Virus record (IMG/VR): IMGVR_UViG_3300042569_002607
Coordinates: 1 to 64,000 of that record
Length of the DNA stretch: 64,000 nt
Strand: one strand, 5' to 3'
Source of the DNA: a virus
This document shows, piece by piece, positions 1 through 10,243 of the stretch (positions are counted from its first letter, which is position 1; each line of letters begins with the position of its first letter). The notes under the pieces are model-generated. The model worked only from the letters and a program-made list of their open reading frames with translations, had not been told where the DNA came from and made no database searches. The translations under genes were made by a program, and so were the position numbers.

Positions 1-406
1 TGGTCGCCAGCGGTGGACATTCGCTATGTCGTTCGGCCAGAAGGTCCGCTACGAGCGGCCGCTCGACCACGAGCTGACGTACCAAGGGAGCGAGTACCCA
101 GGCTACGCGTTTCGCCCGTCCATCCACTTGCCGCGCTGGGCCTCACGCCTCACGCTGGAAATCACCGACGTGCGCGTGGAGCGGCTGCAGGACATCAGCG
201 AGGATGACGCGAGGGCCGAGGGATGCGCGTTGCCGCCGTCGGTCAACGAGCAGGCCAGCCGCACGCTGCATCGCGTCGAGTACTTCAAGCTGTGGGAATC
301 CCTGAATGCCGCACGCGGCTACGGCTGGGACGCGAATCCGTGGGTGTGGGTGGTTTCGTTCAATCGTGCCGCCGAGGTATCGGGTGGCCACGCTGCGCCA
401 GTCTGA
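1..406 (+). CDS. ASCH/PUA-like phage protein, 5'-truncated
   Basis: Typical C-terminus RPSIHLPRWASRLTLEITDVRVERLQDISEDDARAEG...WDANPWVWVVSF; frame is open from the window start. Confidence 0.7.
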   Translation, partial: GRQRWTFAMSFGQKVRYERPLDHELTYQGSEYPGYAFRPSIHLPRWASRLTLEITDVRVERLQDISEDDARAEGCALPPSVNEQASRTLHRVEYFKLWESLNAARGYGWDANPWVWVVSFNRAAEVSGGHAAPV

Positions 407-732
407 TGCACCCGCGCCGTCGAACTCACCGGACGCACGCCAAGCCGGAGCCGATGCCCTTCGTCATCGGCACTGTGTGGCGCGCGTTGTGGTCCCTCTC
501 TGGCGGTCCCGGCGACGTGCCCGTGACAGCGGATGAAGTCGCCCACTACATTCGCAGTGCCCACCCGCGATCGGCCGGCATGATGATGATCACGCACAAC
601 GACCTGATTGCCTGCCGGCGCATCCTCGATCAACTCGTCGGCAACGGGACCGCCACGCGCGGCGCCGATCGCCCCGCGGTGACCGGTCGTCGCCCTCGCA
701 CCTACTTCACGCAGCACGAGCCGACGTCATGA
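406..732 (+). CDS. hypothetical protein, possible winged helix
   Basis: ATG overlaps the upstream TGA; C-terminal LDQLVGNG...RRPRTYF resembles a wHTH wing. Confidence 0.5.
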   Translation: MHPRRRTHRTHAKPEPMPFVIGTVWRALWSLSGGPGDVPVTADEVAHYIRSAHPRSAGMMMITHNDLIACRRILDQLVGNGTATRGADRPAVTGRRPRTYFTQHEPTS

Positions 733-938
733 CCGTTCGTTCGGGGGACCGCATTGCCACCGGGGTGAACGACACGCGCCGTCGGCTCGCCGTGGAAGAA
801 GCCCAGGCGGGCGGCCTGCCAGAGCCGTTCACCGCCCGCGAGTGGCGCACCATGCGACGCGCGACGCTCGCGTATGCGCACGCGTTGGGCATTCCCGATC
901 GCATCGAGACCTCGCCACTGGTGGGGAGCGCGCGCTGA
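729..938 (+). CDS. hypothetical protein
   Basis: ATGA overlap with the previous gene; abuts terS. Confidence 0.45.
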   Translation: MTVRSGDRIATGVNDTRRRLAVEEAQAGGLPEPFTAREWRTMRRATLAYAHALGIPDRIETSPLVGSAR

Positions 939-1496
939 ATGGCTTCACGTCGCGCCGCGCAGAATCCGGATCGCCCACGCAAGACCCGCACGAAAAAGGC
1001 CGCAGATCCTGCGGTCTCGGCGAAGCGTGGGCGTGGACGGCCTTCTAAGCGACCATCACCGGATATGGTCGCGCAGGTCGAGCGACTGGCCGCAGTGGGG
1101 TTAAATGAGCAAGAAATGGCGCTCGTGCTCGACATGCACCGTGAGACGTTTGCAAAGTACAAGCCGGTTTTTTTCGACACCGCCATAGCAAAGGGACGCG
1201 CGGTGGGAAAAATGTCGAGCGGGCTTGTGGTGATGCGCGAAATGAATCGTGGTAACATGACGGCGGTCATTTGGTACGAGAAAACCCGATGCGGGTACCA
1301 CGAGAAGACGCACACGGTGCATAGCGATCCGGACGGGCACGCGCTTTCTGCGGGTGGGACGCATGTAGCGGTTGGCATTTTCTTGCCGCCCAACGGACGT
1401 GACATCGCCGCTCCTGGGGAAGAAATCCCGGCGAGTTTTCAGGTCGTGGCGCTGCCGTCGAACGGGCGCGAGACGCCCCCCCGAGCCAACGGCTGA
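939..1496 (+). CDS. terminase small subunit
   Basis: GRGRPSK motif, HTH (VERLAAVGLNEQEMALVLDMHRETF), AVIWYEKTRCGY; lies directly upstream of terL. Confidence 0.75.
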   Translation: MASRRAAQNPDRPRKTRTKKAADPAVSAKRGRGRPSKRPSPDMVAQVERLAAVGLNEQEMALVLDMHRETFAKYKPVFFDTAIAKGRAVGKMSSGLVVMREMNRGNMTAVIWYEKTRCGYHEKTHTVHSDPDGHALSAGGTHVAVGIFLPPNGRDIAAPGEEIPASFQVVALPSNGRETPPRANG

Positions 1497-1505
1497 CGAC
1501 CGATA

Positions 1506-2969
1506 ATGCCGCAAGGATCAGGACGGAGGGCGACGGGGACACGCGAGGTGGTCTCGACAGCACCCGTGTACGTGGCCACGCGCCCCGACGTGGACCCGTT
1601 CGACGAGAATGCGCCACTCACCCCGCAGCCGGGACCGCAGACGCGGTTCCTGTCGGCCAGTGCGGACATCGTCATGTATGGCGGTGGGGCCGGATCGGGA
1701 AAAACTCGAGCACTCGCGATGGAGCCAGCGCGGCACTCGCACGTGAAGGGATTCACGGCCGTGTTCTTCCGGCGCACGTACCCCGAAATCACGAATCCCG
1801 ACGGGCTGTGGGACGAGAGTAAGAAGGTCTACGGGCGTCTCGGGTGGACGATGCGCCTTGGTGACCTGGAGTGGCACACACCGGCGGGTGGCCGTGTGAA
1901 GTTTGCGCACGCGCACACCGAAGCGGATGTCGAATCGTGGAAGTCCGCGCAGATCGCGCTGCTTCTCTTCGATCAGCTGGAGACCTTCTCCGAGTATCAG
2001 TTCTGGTACCTCGTCTCGCGTAACCGCTCCACCTGCGGCGTGCGCCCGTACATTCGCGCGTCGTTTAATTGTGAGCCGGGATGGCTCGCCGATTTGCTGC
2101 AGTGGTGGTGGGACCCTGAGACGGGCTATCCCATCGCGGAACGGGACGGCGTGGTGCGGTGGCTGGTGCGCGTGAGTGGCGAGGTGCACTGGGGCAGCTC
2201 TCGTGAGGAGCTGCTCGAACGCTTCGGTCCCCTCGTGATGCCGCTGTCGTTCACGTTCATCGCGGGACGTTTGAGCGACAACAAGATCCTCGAGACGAAG
2301 GACCCGAGCTATCGCGCGAAGCTCATGGCGCTGCCCATCGTCGAACAAGAGCGATTGCTCGCGCTCAACTTCAAGATCCGTCCAGGCGCCGGCAAAGTGC
2401 TCCCGCGCGCGAAGTTCAACATCGTGCACGCCGTGCCGTCCGACCTGGTGCGGGTGGTGCGTGGCTGGGACAATGCCGCGACGCAGGGCGCGGGCGACTG
2501 GTCGACGGCCGTGAAACTCGGGCAGCGCGCGAACGGGCGGTACATCATCCTGCACCGGTGGCGGGATCAGCTGGCCACAGGCGCGCGCGATGAGGCCATG
2601 AAGAACTTGGCCAAGAGCGACGGGCCGGCGGTGGAGATCGCGATCGCGCAGGAACCCGGTAGCGCTGGCAAGGACGTGGTGTTCTACACCGTCACCGAGC
2701 TCGCCGGCTTCAGCGTCACGGCGTACCGTGACACAGGAGACAAGGTCACGCGTTCGACGCCCTTCGGCTCGCAGCTGATGGTTGGTAACGTGGACATCTT
2801 CTGTTGGGATCCGGTCGAGATGGAGGCCTTTCTCCAGCAGGTCGACGCATTCCCCACAAAGGGCGTACCCGATGACGACGTGGACGCGACAACCAAAGCG
2901 TTCAAGCATCTCACCGCGGATGGCGTCGGCGCGGGCGAGTGGGGCGAGGAAGAGTTCTCGATCATCTGA
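1506..2969 (+). CDS. terminase large subunit (Terminase_6 / T4-like)
   Basis: PQPGPQ Q-motif, Walker A YGGGAGSGKT, Walker B-like LLLFDQ, nuclease motifs RGWDNA and HDD-like PDDDVDA. Confidence 0.93.
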   Translation: MPQGSGRRATGTREVVSTAPVYVATRPDVDPFDENAPLTPQPGPQTRFLSASADIVMYGGGAGSGKTRALAMEPARHSHVKGFTAVFFRRTYPEITNPDGLWDESKKVYGRLGWTMRLGDLEWHTPAGGRVKFAHAHTEADVESWKSAQIALLLFDQLETFSEYQFWYLVSRNRSTCGVRPYIRASFNCEPGWLADLLQWWWDPETGYPIAERDGVVRWLVRVSGEVHWGSSREELLERFGPLVMPLSFTFIAGRLSDNKILETKDPSYRAKLMALPIVEQERLLALNFKIRPGAGKVLPRAKFNIVHAVPSDLVRVVRGWDNAATQGAGDWSTAVKLGQRANGRYIILHRWRDQLATGARDEAMKNLAKSDGPAVEIAIAQEPGSAGKDVVFYTVTELAGFSVTAYRDTGDKVTRSTPFGSQLMVGNVDIFCWDPVEMEAFLQQVDAFPTKGVPDDDVDATTKAFKHLTADGVGAGEWGEEEFSII

Positions 2970-3012
2970 TCTGCCTTGCGCTTTTGGCACGGCTCGCCCA
3001 AACGTTCGCCCC

Positions 3013-4746
3013 ATGTCTGATACCCGGTACACCTCGCCCCAACAGTCCCAGGCCGTGCCTGGCGTCGACGCGAACGCGGTGCTCGTGGCCGCCATCGGCC
3101 CGGATGCCGAGGCCCACGACCGACCCGACTGGCGAGACCCTGAGAGTCTCCACCTCGAGAAGACGTGGGAAACCTGCCGGGAGGCGTACGAAGGGACCGA
3201 CGCGCTCATTGCCAATGCGCGCAAGTATCTGCCCAAGCACAAGAAAGAGAAGGCCGAAGACTACCGCGCACGTTGTGAGCACTCGGCGGTGTTCAACAGC
3301 TTCGCGGCCACCGTCAACGGCCTCAATGGGCTGGCGTTCGCGAAAGAGGCGACCCTCGGCTCCGATGTGCCGCAGAAGCTCCGGGATCATGCCGAAAACA
3401 TCGATGGCGCAGGCACCACGTTGCATGGCTTCGCGCGGCAGCTCAGTCTTGACGGCCTGATGCTCGGTACGACCGGGTTCATGGTGTTGTATCCGACGCG
3501 GCCGGACGGCGCGACCGCGTTCGACGAGAAGCAAGGCACGTTGCGCCCGTACTGGCGCCAGATCGCCGTCGAAGACATTCACTCGTGGGACTTCGCGTCC
3601 GTCGGAGCGCGCGACGTGCTGACGCATCTCGTGGTGCGTGAACAGGTCCGACGCCGGCATGGGCGGTTCGGCAGCCGCATGGTGACGCAGTACCGTGAGT
3701 TCATCCACGATGTGACGTCGGACGAGGGGCTGGCCGCCCCGGTGACGTACATCGTCTGGGAAGAGGTCAAGCTCAACGACCGCGACAAAAAGCCGCCGCT
3801 CGTGCCCGTCTCGATCGGCACGATCATGAATGCGCGGGGCACGTCGCTCTCGCGGATCCCGTACGTCGGCGTGCTCTTCGGCTCTCGGCGTGGCAAGCTG
3901 TTCGCACGGCCGCCGCTCAAGGATTTGCTGGACCTGATGCTGAAGGCGTTCCGCATCGATAGTGACCGCTCCTATCTGATGCACTTGGCGTGCGTGCCTA
4001 TCCCGGTGCGGAAGGGGTACAAGGCGCCGGTGTCAATGACGCAACTCGGCGACTCGCAGGGCGGCACGGTGCAGGTCGCGCGCGCGGGGGGTGGCAGTGT
4101 GGCCGCGCCAAACGTGCTCATGGATCTGCCGGCGGACACGCCGAATGCGTCGGGCGTCGACTTTCGATGGGCAGAGATCCAAGGGACCGCGTTTCAGCCC
4201 ACCAAAGACGAACTCGACAAGCTCAAGGCAGAGATGGGCGCGATGGGGATGCAGTTCCTCGCGCCGTCCTCACGCGCCGCCGAGACCGCCGATGCGCGCC
4301 GCCAAGATGCGCGCATCGAGAACGCGACCCTCTCGTCATTCATGTCGACGCTGGAGTCGGCAATCGAAGAGGGGCTGATCATCCACGCTGAGTATCTCGG
4401 GCTTGAGATCCGCGCGAGCGGCGAGCAGTCGGGCGGCTCGTGGACGGTGAATCGCGATTTCGAGCGCACGATCTTGGGTCCCGAGATGATCAAGACGTAT
4501 TCCGATCTCGTGCTCGCCGATCAGCTCACGCTCGAGACCTTCCTCGACTTGCTGGCGCAGGGCCGGGCGTTGCCCGATGGCTTCGATGCGACCCGCGAAG
4601 TGGCGCGGTTGCGTCAGCTCGCCGGGGATCGGGAGCGTCGCGCGGAAGACCTGGCGATTGAGCAGGCCAATGCGGCGGCCGAGGCGGCTGGCGCCGCAGG
4701 CACCGATCCGACGCCTCCCGCCGACGCGTTGGCCGCGGCTGCGTAA
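3013..4746 (+). CDS. portal protein (DUF4055 family)
   Basis: YLPKHKKEKAEDYRAR, ENIDGAG, RPYW and PPLKDL motifs; follows terL. Confidence 0.88.
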   Translation: MSDTRYTSPQQSQAVPGVDANAVLVAAIGPDAEAHDRPDWRDPESLHLEKTWETCREAYEGTDALIANARKYLPKHKKEKAEDYRARCEHSAVFNSFAATVNGLNGLAFAKEATLGSDVPQKLRDHAENIDGAGTTLHGFARQLSLDGLMLGTTGFMVLYPTRPDGATAFDEKQGTLRPYWRQIAVEDIHSWDFASVGARDVLTHLVVREQVRRRHGRFGSRMVTQYREFIHDVTSDEGLAAPVTYIVWEEVKLNDRDKKPPLVPVSIGTIMNARGTSLSRIPYVGVLFGSRRGKLFARPPLKDLLDLMLKAFRIDSDRSYLMHLACVPIPVRKGYKAPVSMTQLGDSQGGTVQVARAGGGSVAAPNVLMDLPADTPNASGVDFRWAEIQGTAFQPTKDELDKLKAEMGAMGMQFLAPSSRAAETADARRQDARIENATLSSFMSTLESAIEEGLIIHAEYLGLEIRASGEQSGGSWTVNRDFERTILGPEMIKTYSDLVLADQLTLETFLDLLAQGRALPDGFDATREVARLRQLAGDRERRAEDLAIEQANAAAEAAGAAGTDPTPPADALAAAA

Positions 4747-4749
4747 CCC

Positions 4750-6009
4750 GTGGCGGTCTATGACATCCCGCCGCTCGGGCCCGGGTGGCACCTGCAGGCG
4801 CTCGTCGCGCGGTATCGCTTCTCAGAAACGATCTCGCGAGAGATGGTCGCCCTGTTGGAAGACGCGTATCGGCGTCTGGCGCAGCGACTTCAAGGGCTCG
4901 ACGTGCTCGATCGTCGGGACCGCAACGGGCTGGAGGATCGGTTCCTGGAAGTGCGGCGGTTGCTCGATGAGGCGTACGGGACCGCGCAGCGCACCGTCAC
5001 GGCCACCGTGCGCGAGTATGCCGCGCTGGAGTTGGAGATCGCGAACCGTCAGCTTCAGGCCCTCGCCGCCGTGCAACGCGCGACGACCGCCGGCGCGCTG
5101 GTGACCACCACGGCGGAGATGGCCACGGTCATCGGCGCCCCCGGGGCCGTGTCGGTCGTGACCTCGGCCCTGCCTCGTCAGCTGGTGGTATCCGCCGCGC
5201 GGTTGAACGACATCGTGGAGCGCGTGGACGTCGGCGGCATCGGGTTTGGCGAGTGGTGGGTGAAGGCGCGCGATGATGGGATCGCCCGCGTCCGGCGCGT
5301 CATTCAGACGGGGGTCGTGCAGGGGCAGCACCCGACCGAGATTGCCCGCCGCATCTGGGCGTCCCGCACACTGAAAGGGCCGAATGCGTGGCGGCAGTCA
5401 CGCACCGTCGCCGAGACCGTCGCCCGCACCGTGGTCACGGCGGTCCAAACCGAGGCGCAACTGACCACTGAGGCGCAGTTCCCGAATGTCATTCGGGGCT
5501 ACGTGTTCCGCGCCGTCCTCGACAGCCGCACGTCGGACATCTGCCGCTCGCTCGCGGATACCGAGTGGAAGGCCGGCGATCCGCGGATGCCGGTCCCGCC
5601 GTTGCACCCAAACTGCCGGAGTACCCTGGAGCCGATCGTCGATGTGCCAGGCATCGGGCGCACGACGTCGCACCAGCCGACGTACGAACAGTGGCTTCGG
5701 ACGCAGCCGCCGAGGGTGCAGGATCTGATCATCGGAAAAGGGGTGGCCGAGCACTGGCGCGCGGGACAGACGCGCTTGGCCGATCTGCTCTCCGTCGATC
5801 GCCGCCCGATGACGCTCGCGCAGCTCCGGCAATCGCTCGTCACTGCACAACCAGAGAGTTATATAGCGTGGGTCTCGTCCCTGCCGGACGCGAGCCTCCG
5901 CGCCGTGCTCGGGCCGACCCTCGCGCGTGAGGTGCGCAGCGGCCGCGCGTCGATTGCCGATGTGCTCCGCCAGAGTGCGGCGAGCGGCATTGTTGGCCCC
6001 GTCTCCTAG
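4750..6009 (+). CDS. minor head / head morphogenesis protein (SPP1 gp7 / Mu F-like)
   Basis: AVLDSRTSDICRSL...PPLHPNCRS motif, TYEQWLRTQP. Confidence 0.88.
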   Translation: MAVYDIPPLGPGWHLQALVARYRFSETISREMVALLEDAYRRLAQRLQGLDVLDRRDRNGLEDRFLEVRRLLDEAYGTAQRTVTATVREYAALELEIANRQLQALAAVQRATTAGALVTTTAEMATVIGAPGAVSVVTSALPRQLVVSAARLNDIVERVDVGGIGFGEWWVKARDDGIARVRRVIQTGVVQGQHPTEIARRIWASRTLKGPNAWRQSRTVAETVARTVVTAVQTEAQLTTEAQFPNVIRGYVFRAVLDSRTSDICRSLADTEWKAGDPRMPVPPLHPNCRSTLEPIVDVPGIGRTTSHQPTYEQWLRTQPPRVQDLIIGKGVAEHWRAGQTRLADLLSVDRRPMTLAQLRQSLVTAQPESYIAWVSSLPDASLRAVLGPTLAREVRSGRASIADVLRQSAASGIVGPVS

Positions 6010-6123
6010 CCCTTGCGCTTTTGGCACGGGCCGCCCTAGAGTGTGCCCATGGTCGGCGGGATGCTGGCCATCCAGAACAGCGCACGGGACGTGCCCTGTT
6101 GCTGACACTTACCTCTGGAGCCC

Positions 6124-6921
6124 ATGCCCGAAATCATTCTCTCGCCCGTCGTCGATTCGCTGGAGACGGTCCCGGAATCCTACCGGGATCTGTATGAAGA
6201 GCGCGACGGAAAGCACATCCTCGGTAAGCCCATTCGCATCGACGACGTCAGCGAGATCAAAGGCGCGCTGGCGAATGAGCGACGCTTGCGACAGGAGCTC
6301 GCCGGCAAAGCCGGACAGCTGCCCGACGAAGTGAAGGTGAAGCTGCAGAAGGCGGAAGAACTCGAGCGCAAAGAGTTGGAGCGGCAGGGGCAGTATCAGG
6401 AACTCATCAAGTCGGCCGAGCAGAAGGCCGCGACCGAGATCCAGAAGTATCAGCAACGCGCGGACCGACTCAGCACCACGCTGACTCGCACGCTGGAGAC
6501 CAATGCTGCCACGAGCGCCATCAATAGTGCTGGCGGCATCGTGAAGGGGCTGCTGCCGCACGTGCTCCCGGAGCTCAAGGCCGTAGAGAACCCCGACCGC
6601 GAGGGAGAATTCACGGTGTACGTGATCGACCCGAAGGCCCCGGACAAGCCTCGGCTCAATCTCAAGACCGGTGAGCCCCTTACGGTCGATGAACTCATCG
6701 CCGAGAAGCGCGAAGACGATGTCTTGGCCAAGCTGTTCAGCGCCTCGCCCGCCACGGGCTCTGGCGGCGGCGGCTCGAACTTCGCGAAAGGCTCCGCGCG
6801 CATCGTGAAGCTGACCGCTGAGGAAGCGAAAGACACGAAGCGCTATCAGCAGCTCAAGGACCAGAAAGCCAAAGGCGAGATCGACGGCGCCATCGATCAC
6901 ATGGGCCGCAAGATCGTCTGA
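6124..6921 (+). CDS. capsid scaffolding protein
   Basis: DSLETVPESYRDLYEERDGK N-terminus, coiled coil, C-terminal GSGGG; GGAG RBS; lies before the MCP. Confidence 0.8.
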   Translation: MPEIILSPVVDSLETVPESYRDLYEERDGKHILGKPIRIDDVSEIKGALANERRLRQELAGKAGQLPDEVKVKLQKAEELERKELERQGQYQELIKSAEQKAATEIQKYQQRADRLSTTLTRTLETNAATSAINSAGGIVKGLLPHVLPELKAVENPDREGEFTVYVIDPKAPDKPRLNLKTGEPLTVDELIAEKREDDVLAKLFSASPATGSGGGGSNFAKGSARIVKLTAEEAKDTKRYQQLKDQKAKGEIDGAIDHMGRKIV

Positions 6922-7144
6922 GCCGTTCCGCAGGACCGCAGCACACGCAGTCGTAGGCGTAGGACGGTAGGACAATCGGATCCGTGTGCGGGATGCCACG
7001 GGTCACGCCGCGTGAAGCGATTCACGTGCCGCACGCGGGGCGTGCACCAGACCATGCCAACGGATTCCCCGTTGGCGCGATCGGTGCGCGCCCCGCTTCG
7101 CGTTGGGCCGGCGCACCTCACCAACGCAGACGAGGAACGCCACC

Positions 7145-8278
7145 GTGGCAACCAACGACATTGGCAATTACAACGAAACCCAGTTTGCGCAGGAAGCGCT
7201 GATTGCGGTGGAGAAGCGACTCGGCATGGCCTCCCGAGTCTATCGCGAGTACGAGAAGGAAACGAAGGAAGTCGGCGACACCACGCAGATCCGCCGCCCG
7301 TCGACCTTCACGTCGCAGGCCGCCCCGTCCGTTGCACAGGACATCAATACCGGCAAGGTCTCGCTCGTGCTCGATCAGCACGAGGAAGTGAAGATCGAGC
7401 TCACCGACAAGCTGCGCGCGCTGTCGAACGAGAAGCTGATCGAGGATCACATCCGCCCGATGGCCTACGCGCTCGCGGACGGCATCGACAAGAAGCTCGT
7501 CCAGCTCGCGATGCAGGTCCCCTGGTTCTACCAGCTGAACGCCACGTTCACGCTGCAGGAGCTCGCGAACGCGCGTAAGGTCCTGTTCGACAATCAGGTG
7601 CCGATGGATCTGCCGAACTTGTTCGGCATGACGGATGGGCAGCTCGAAGCCAACATGCTCGGCTACCTCGCCGGCCAGAACATCAACGGGGCCAACGTCG
7701 ACGACGCGCGGCGTTACGGCGCGCTGGGCCCGCTCATGGGCGTGAACTGGTTCGCCAATCAGAACACGCCCTCGTTCACGACGACGCAAATGGCGGACGT
7801 GGTCGGTGCGACCAGCGCGGCGGCCGCTCGTGGCGCGCGGACGATCGCGATCACGGGCATCGATGCGGCTGGCACGGTCGTGCGTGGCGACACGTTCTCC
7901 ATCGCCGGCCTCACGCAACGCTTCGACGTGGCGGCCGATGCGACGGCCACCGCTGGCGCGATTGCGTCGCTGTCGTTCACGCCGCCCCTCCCGGCGGCGG
8001 TCTCGTCGGGTGCGGTGGTGACCTTCCACAAGATGACCGGCACCAAGGCCGTGAATCTCGTGTTCCATCGCAATTTCGCCGCGCTCAAGTTCGCGCCGCT
8101 GCCGGACGACATGCCCGGCGTCCAGGTCTCCACGATCCGCAACGAAGACCTCGGTCTGTCTGTCCGCGCGCGGATTTTCTACGAAGGCAACAACAGCAAG
8201 CTGTTCGTGGCCCTCGACACGCTGTACGGCTTCACGATGCTCGATGAGAATCTCGCCGCGCGCGTCTACTCTGCCTGA
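7145..8278 (+). CDS. major capsid protein (P22 coat-like, with insertion domain)
   Basis: GDTTQIRRP, IRPMAYALADGID, NLVFHRNFAAL, DTLYG; GTG start after GAGGA. Confidence 0.88.
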   Translation: MATNDIGNYNETQFAQEALIAVEKRLGMASRVYREYEKETKEVGDTTQIRRPSTFTSQAAPSVAQDINTGKVSLVLDQHEEVKIELTDKLRALSNEKLIEDHIRPMAYALADGIDKKLVQLAMQVPWFYQLNATFTLQELANARKVLFDNQVPMDLPNLFGMTDGQLEANMLGYLAGQNINGANVDDARRYGALGPLMGVNWFANQNTPSFTTTQMADVVGATSAAAARGARTIAITGIDAAGTVVRGDTFSIAGLTQRFDVAADATATAGAIASLSFTPPLPAAVSSGAVVTFHKMTGTKAVNLVFHRNFAALKFAPLPDDMPGVQVSTIRNEDLGLSVRARIFYEGNNSKLFVALDTLYGFTMLDENLAARVYSA

Positions 8279-8383
8279 TCACTCGGCGCCCCTGTGAAGC
8301 GGTGACGCGTTCGCGCGTCTCGCCCCGCACGGGCGCCGTGTGTCGTTCCTCAGACCCACTCAATCACTTGAGGTATTCGTATC

Positions 8384-8656
8384 ATGGCTCTCGATATCGC
8401 AGCCCCCACGGTGGAACTGTTCGTCCCGAATCTCGGGAAGGTGGTCGCGGTGAACGCGACCGACGCGGCCTACATCCGCGCGACGGCGGGCGCCGTCAGT
8501 AAGGCGGAGTACGAGGCCGCGCAGGCGCCTGCCACGAGCGCCGGCAAGCCGTTCAAGACGAAGGCGGAGAAGGAGGCGGCCGAGAAGGAAGCCGCTGAGA
8601 AGGCGGCGGCCGAGAAGGCGGCGGCCGAGAAGGCGGCGGCAGGCGCCACCACGTAA
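8384..8656 (+). CDS. small head-associated protein with EKAAA helical repeats
   Basis: GAGG RBS; C-terminal (EKEAA/EKAAA)x5 encoded by 15-bp repeats. Confidence 0.65.
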   Translation: MALDIAAPTVELFVPNLGKVVAVNATDAAYIRATAGAVSKAEYEAAQAPATSAGKPFKTKAEKEAAEKEAAEKAAAEKAAAEKAAAGATT

Positions 8657-8667
8657 GGCGCTGACTC

Positions 8668-9180
8668 ATGCCAGTGAGCCTGGATCCCACCGCGGGCGGG
8701 AGTGCCGCGAATAGCTACGTCGCCGTCGACACGGCCGACGCGTACTTCGCGACGCGCCTCTATGCCAACGCGTGGACCAGTCTCGCCGGTGCGGGCGGCC
8801 TCGATACCAAAGCGCAGGCCCTAATCATGGCCACGCAGCGTCTCGACGTGTTGCCGTGGGATGGCACGCCCTCGTCACTGACGCAGCGGTTGCAGTGGCC
8901 CCGGATGGGGCTCTGTGATCGGGGTGGGCGGTCGCTTCCCCACACGACCGTGCCGGACGACATCGTGCTGGCCACCTGTGAGGAAGCGTTGTCGTTGCTC
9001 GTGAAGGGCAAGGACCCGGGCACGACCGACGCGCTCGCGAATTTCAGCGCGCTCAAGGTTGGTCCCGTCTCGCTCTCGCTGCGCGACACGGCTCCACGCA
9101 CGAACGACGGGCTCCATCCGGCGGCCGTGCGCCTCGTGCTGCCGTATCTCGCCGACGCCTCCGACTTCTCGCGAGGCTGA
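8668..9180 (+). CDS. head-tail adaptor (DnaT-like phage family)
   Basis: ANSYVAVDTADAYFATR...QRLQWPR, KVGPVSL motifs. Confidence 0.8.
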   Translation: MPVSLDPTAGGSAANSYVAVDTADAYFATRLYANAWTSLAGAGGLDTKAQALIMATQRLDVLPWDGTPSSLTQRLQWPRMGLCDRGGRSLPHTTVPDDIVLATCEEALSLLVKGKDPGTTDALANFSALKVGPVSLSLRDTAPRTNDGLHPAAVRLVLPYLADASDFSRG

Positions 9181-9182
9181 CC

Positions 9183-9623
9183 GTGTCGCTTCTCGATTCG
9201 CTCGCCGCCGCACTGGGCCCCGTCGTGCGCCAGCTCGCCGCCGATCTCGGATGCGAGGTGGCGATCTACCGTGCCGTGATGGGGGGGGCGGCCGATGGGA
9301 CGCCCACGCGCACGTATCCCGCCGTAGATGCGGCGTGGCCCGCGGCGCGGGCGTTCTTCGAACCGGGGTCTGAGGGCGCCAGCACGCCGACGGAAGCAAT
9401 CGCAAAGCCCTTCGGTGTTCGCACCACCGCGTTTGGGACCCTCACGTTCGTGGCAGACGACCTCGGTGCACTGCCCATCGTGTCCCCGTTTGATGGCTTC
9501 CGCATTCTGACGGGCCCCTTCGCCGGCTATACGTGGTTGGCACAGGCGGATCATGTGCCGGACCCACTCGGGACCACCGGGGCCGTCCGCGTGGTGTCCG
9601 CGCCGTCCGGAGTGATCACGTGA
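9183..9623 (+). CDS. putative head closure protein
   Basis: Position and size between adaptor and tail-completion gene. Confidence 0.55.
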   Translation: MSLLDSLAAALGPVVRQLAADLGCEVAIYRAVMGGAADGTPTRTYPAVDAAWPAARAFFEPGSEGASTPTEAIAKPFGVRTTAFGTLTFVADDLGALPIVSPFDGFRILTGPFAGYTWLAQADHVPDPLGTTGAVRVVSAPSGVIT

Positions 9624-10243
9624 CGCAATGGAGCACGGGCTCTGGGGATGCGCCGGACGTCGCGCTGTGGCGCTTTCAGCAGGCCATCAAGGCGCGACGT
9701 GAGTCCGCGGTCGTCACGCTCGGGGCGTTACTCAAGACCGAGATCGTGCGGCAGCTCTCGACGCCGGGGGCCGGGCGCTACTACGCGAAGACCGCGCGAA
9801 CGGCGGGTGAAACCCCGCGCGGCCCGCGCAACACCGCCGAGCGGACGGCCTTGGCGCGTCGACGGCTACAGAACCGCCGCCTCAATGCGAAGCGGCAACA
9901 GACTGCCGACGCGCTGAACGCCGGCACGATTACGCGTGATGCCATTCGTTCTGCGCGTGTGTTGACCGGCCTCCACCGCGCGTCGAAGCCTGGCGATCCC
10001 CCCGCACCAGACACGGGCACGTTGCGGCGCTCCGCCTTTCTCGAGCGCACCGCGAACGGGGTGCGGGTTGGGGTGGCGATGCCGTACGCGGCCGCGCTTG
10101 AGTTCGGGACCACACGCGCGGGCAAGCAACGCAACGTGACCATTGCGCCCCGTCCGTTTCTGCGCCCAGCCATGGCAAAGATACGCGCGCAGTTCGGCGT
10201 CTTGTTTCGCGCCACGCTGCAGACCGGTGGGCCGCGCGCATGA
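9620..10243 (+). CDS. tail completion protein (HK97 gp10-like)
   Basis: HRASKPGDPPAPDTGTLRRS, YAAALEFGT, APRPFLRPA; GTGA overlap. Confidence 0.8.
   Translation: MTQWSTGSGDAPDVALWRFQQAIKARRESAVVTLGALLKTEIVRQLSTPGAGRYYAKTARTAGETPRGPRNTAERTALARRRLQNRRLNAKRQQTADALNAGTITRDAIRSARVLTGLHRASKPGDPPAPDTGTLRRSAFLERTANGVRVGVAMPYAAALEFGTTRAGKQRNVTIAPRPFLRPAMAKIRAQFGVLFRATLQTGGPRA

Noticed and set aside
1506-2969. Intein or intron in terminase or helicase
   Set aside because: ORF lengths are normal and no intein splice motifs or frame interruptions were seen
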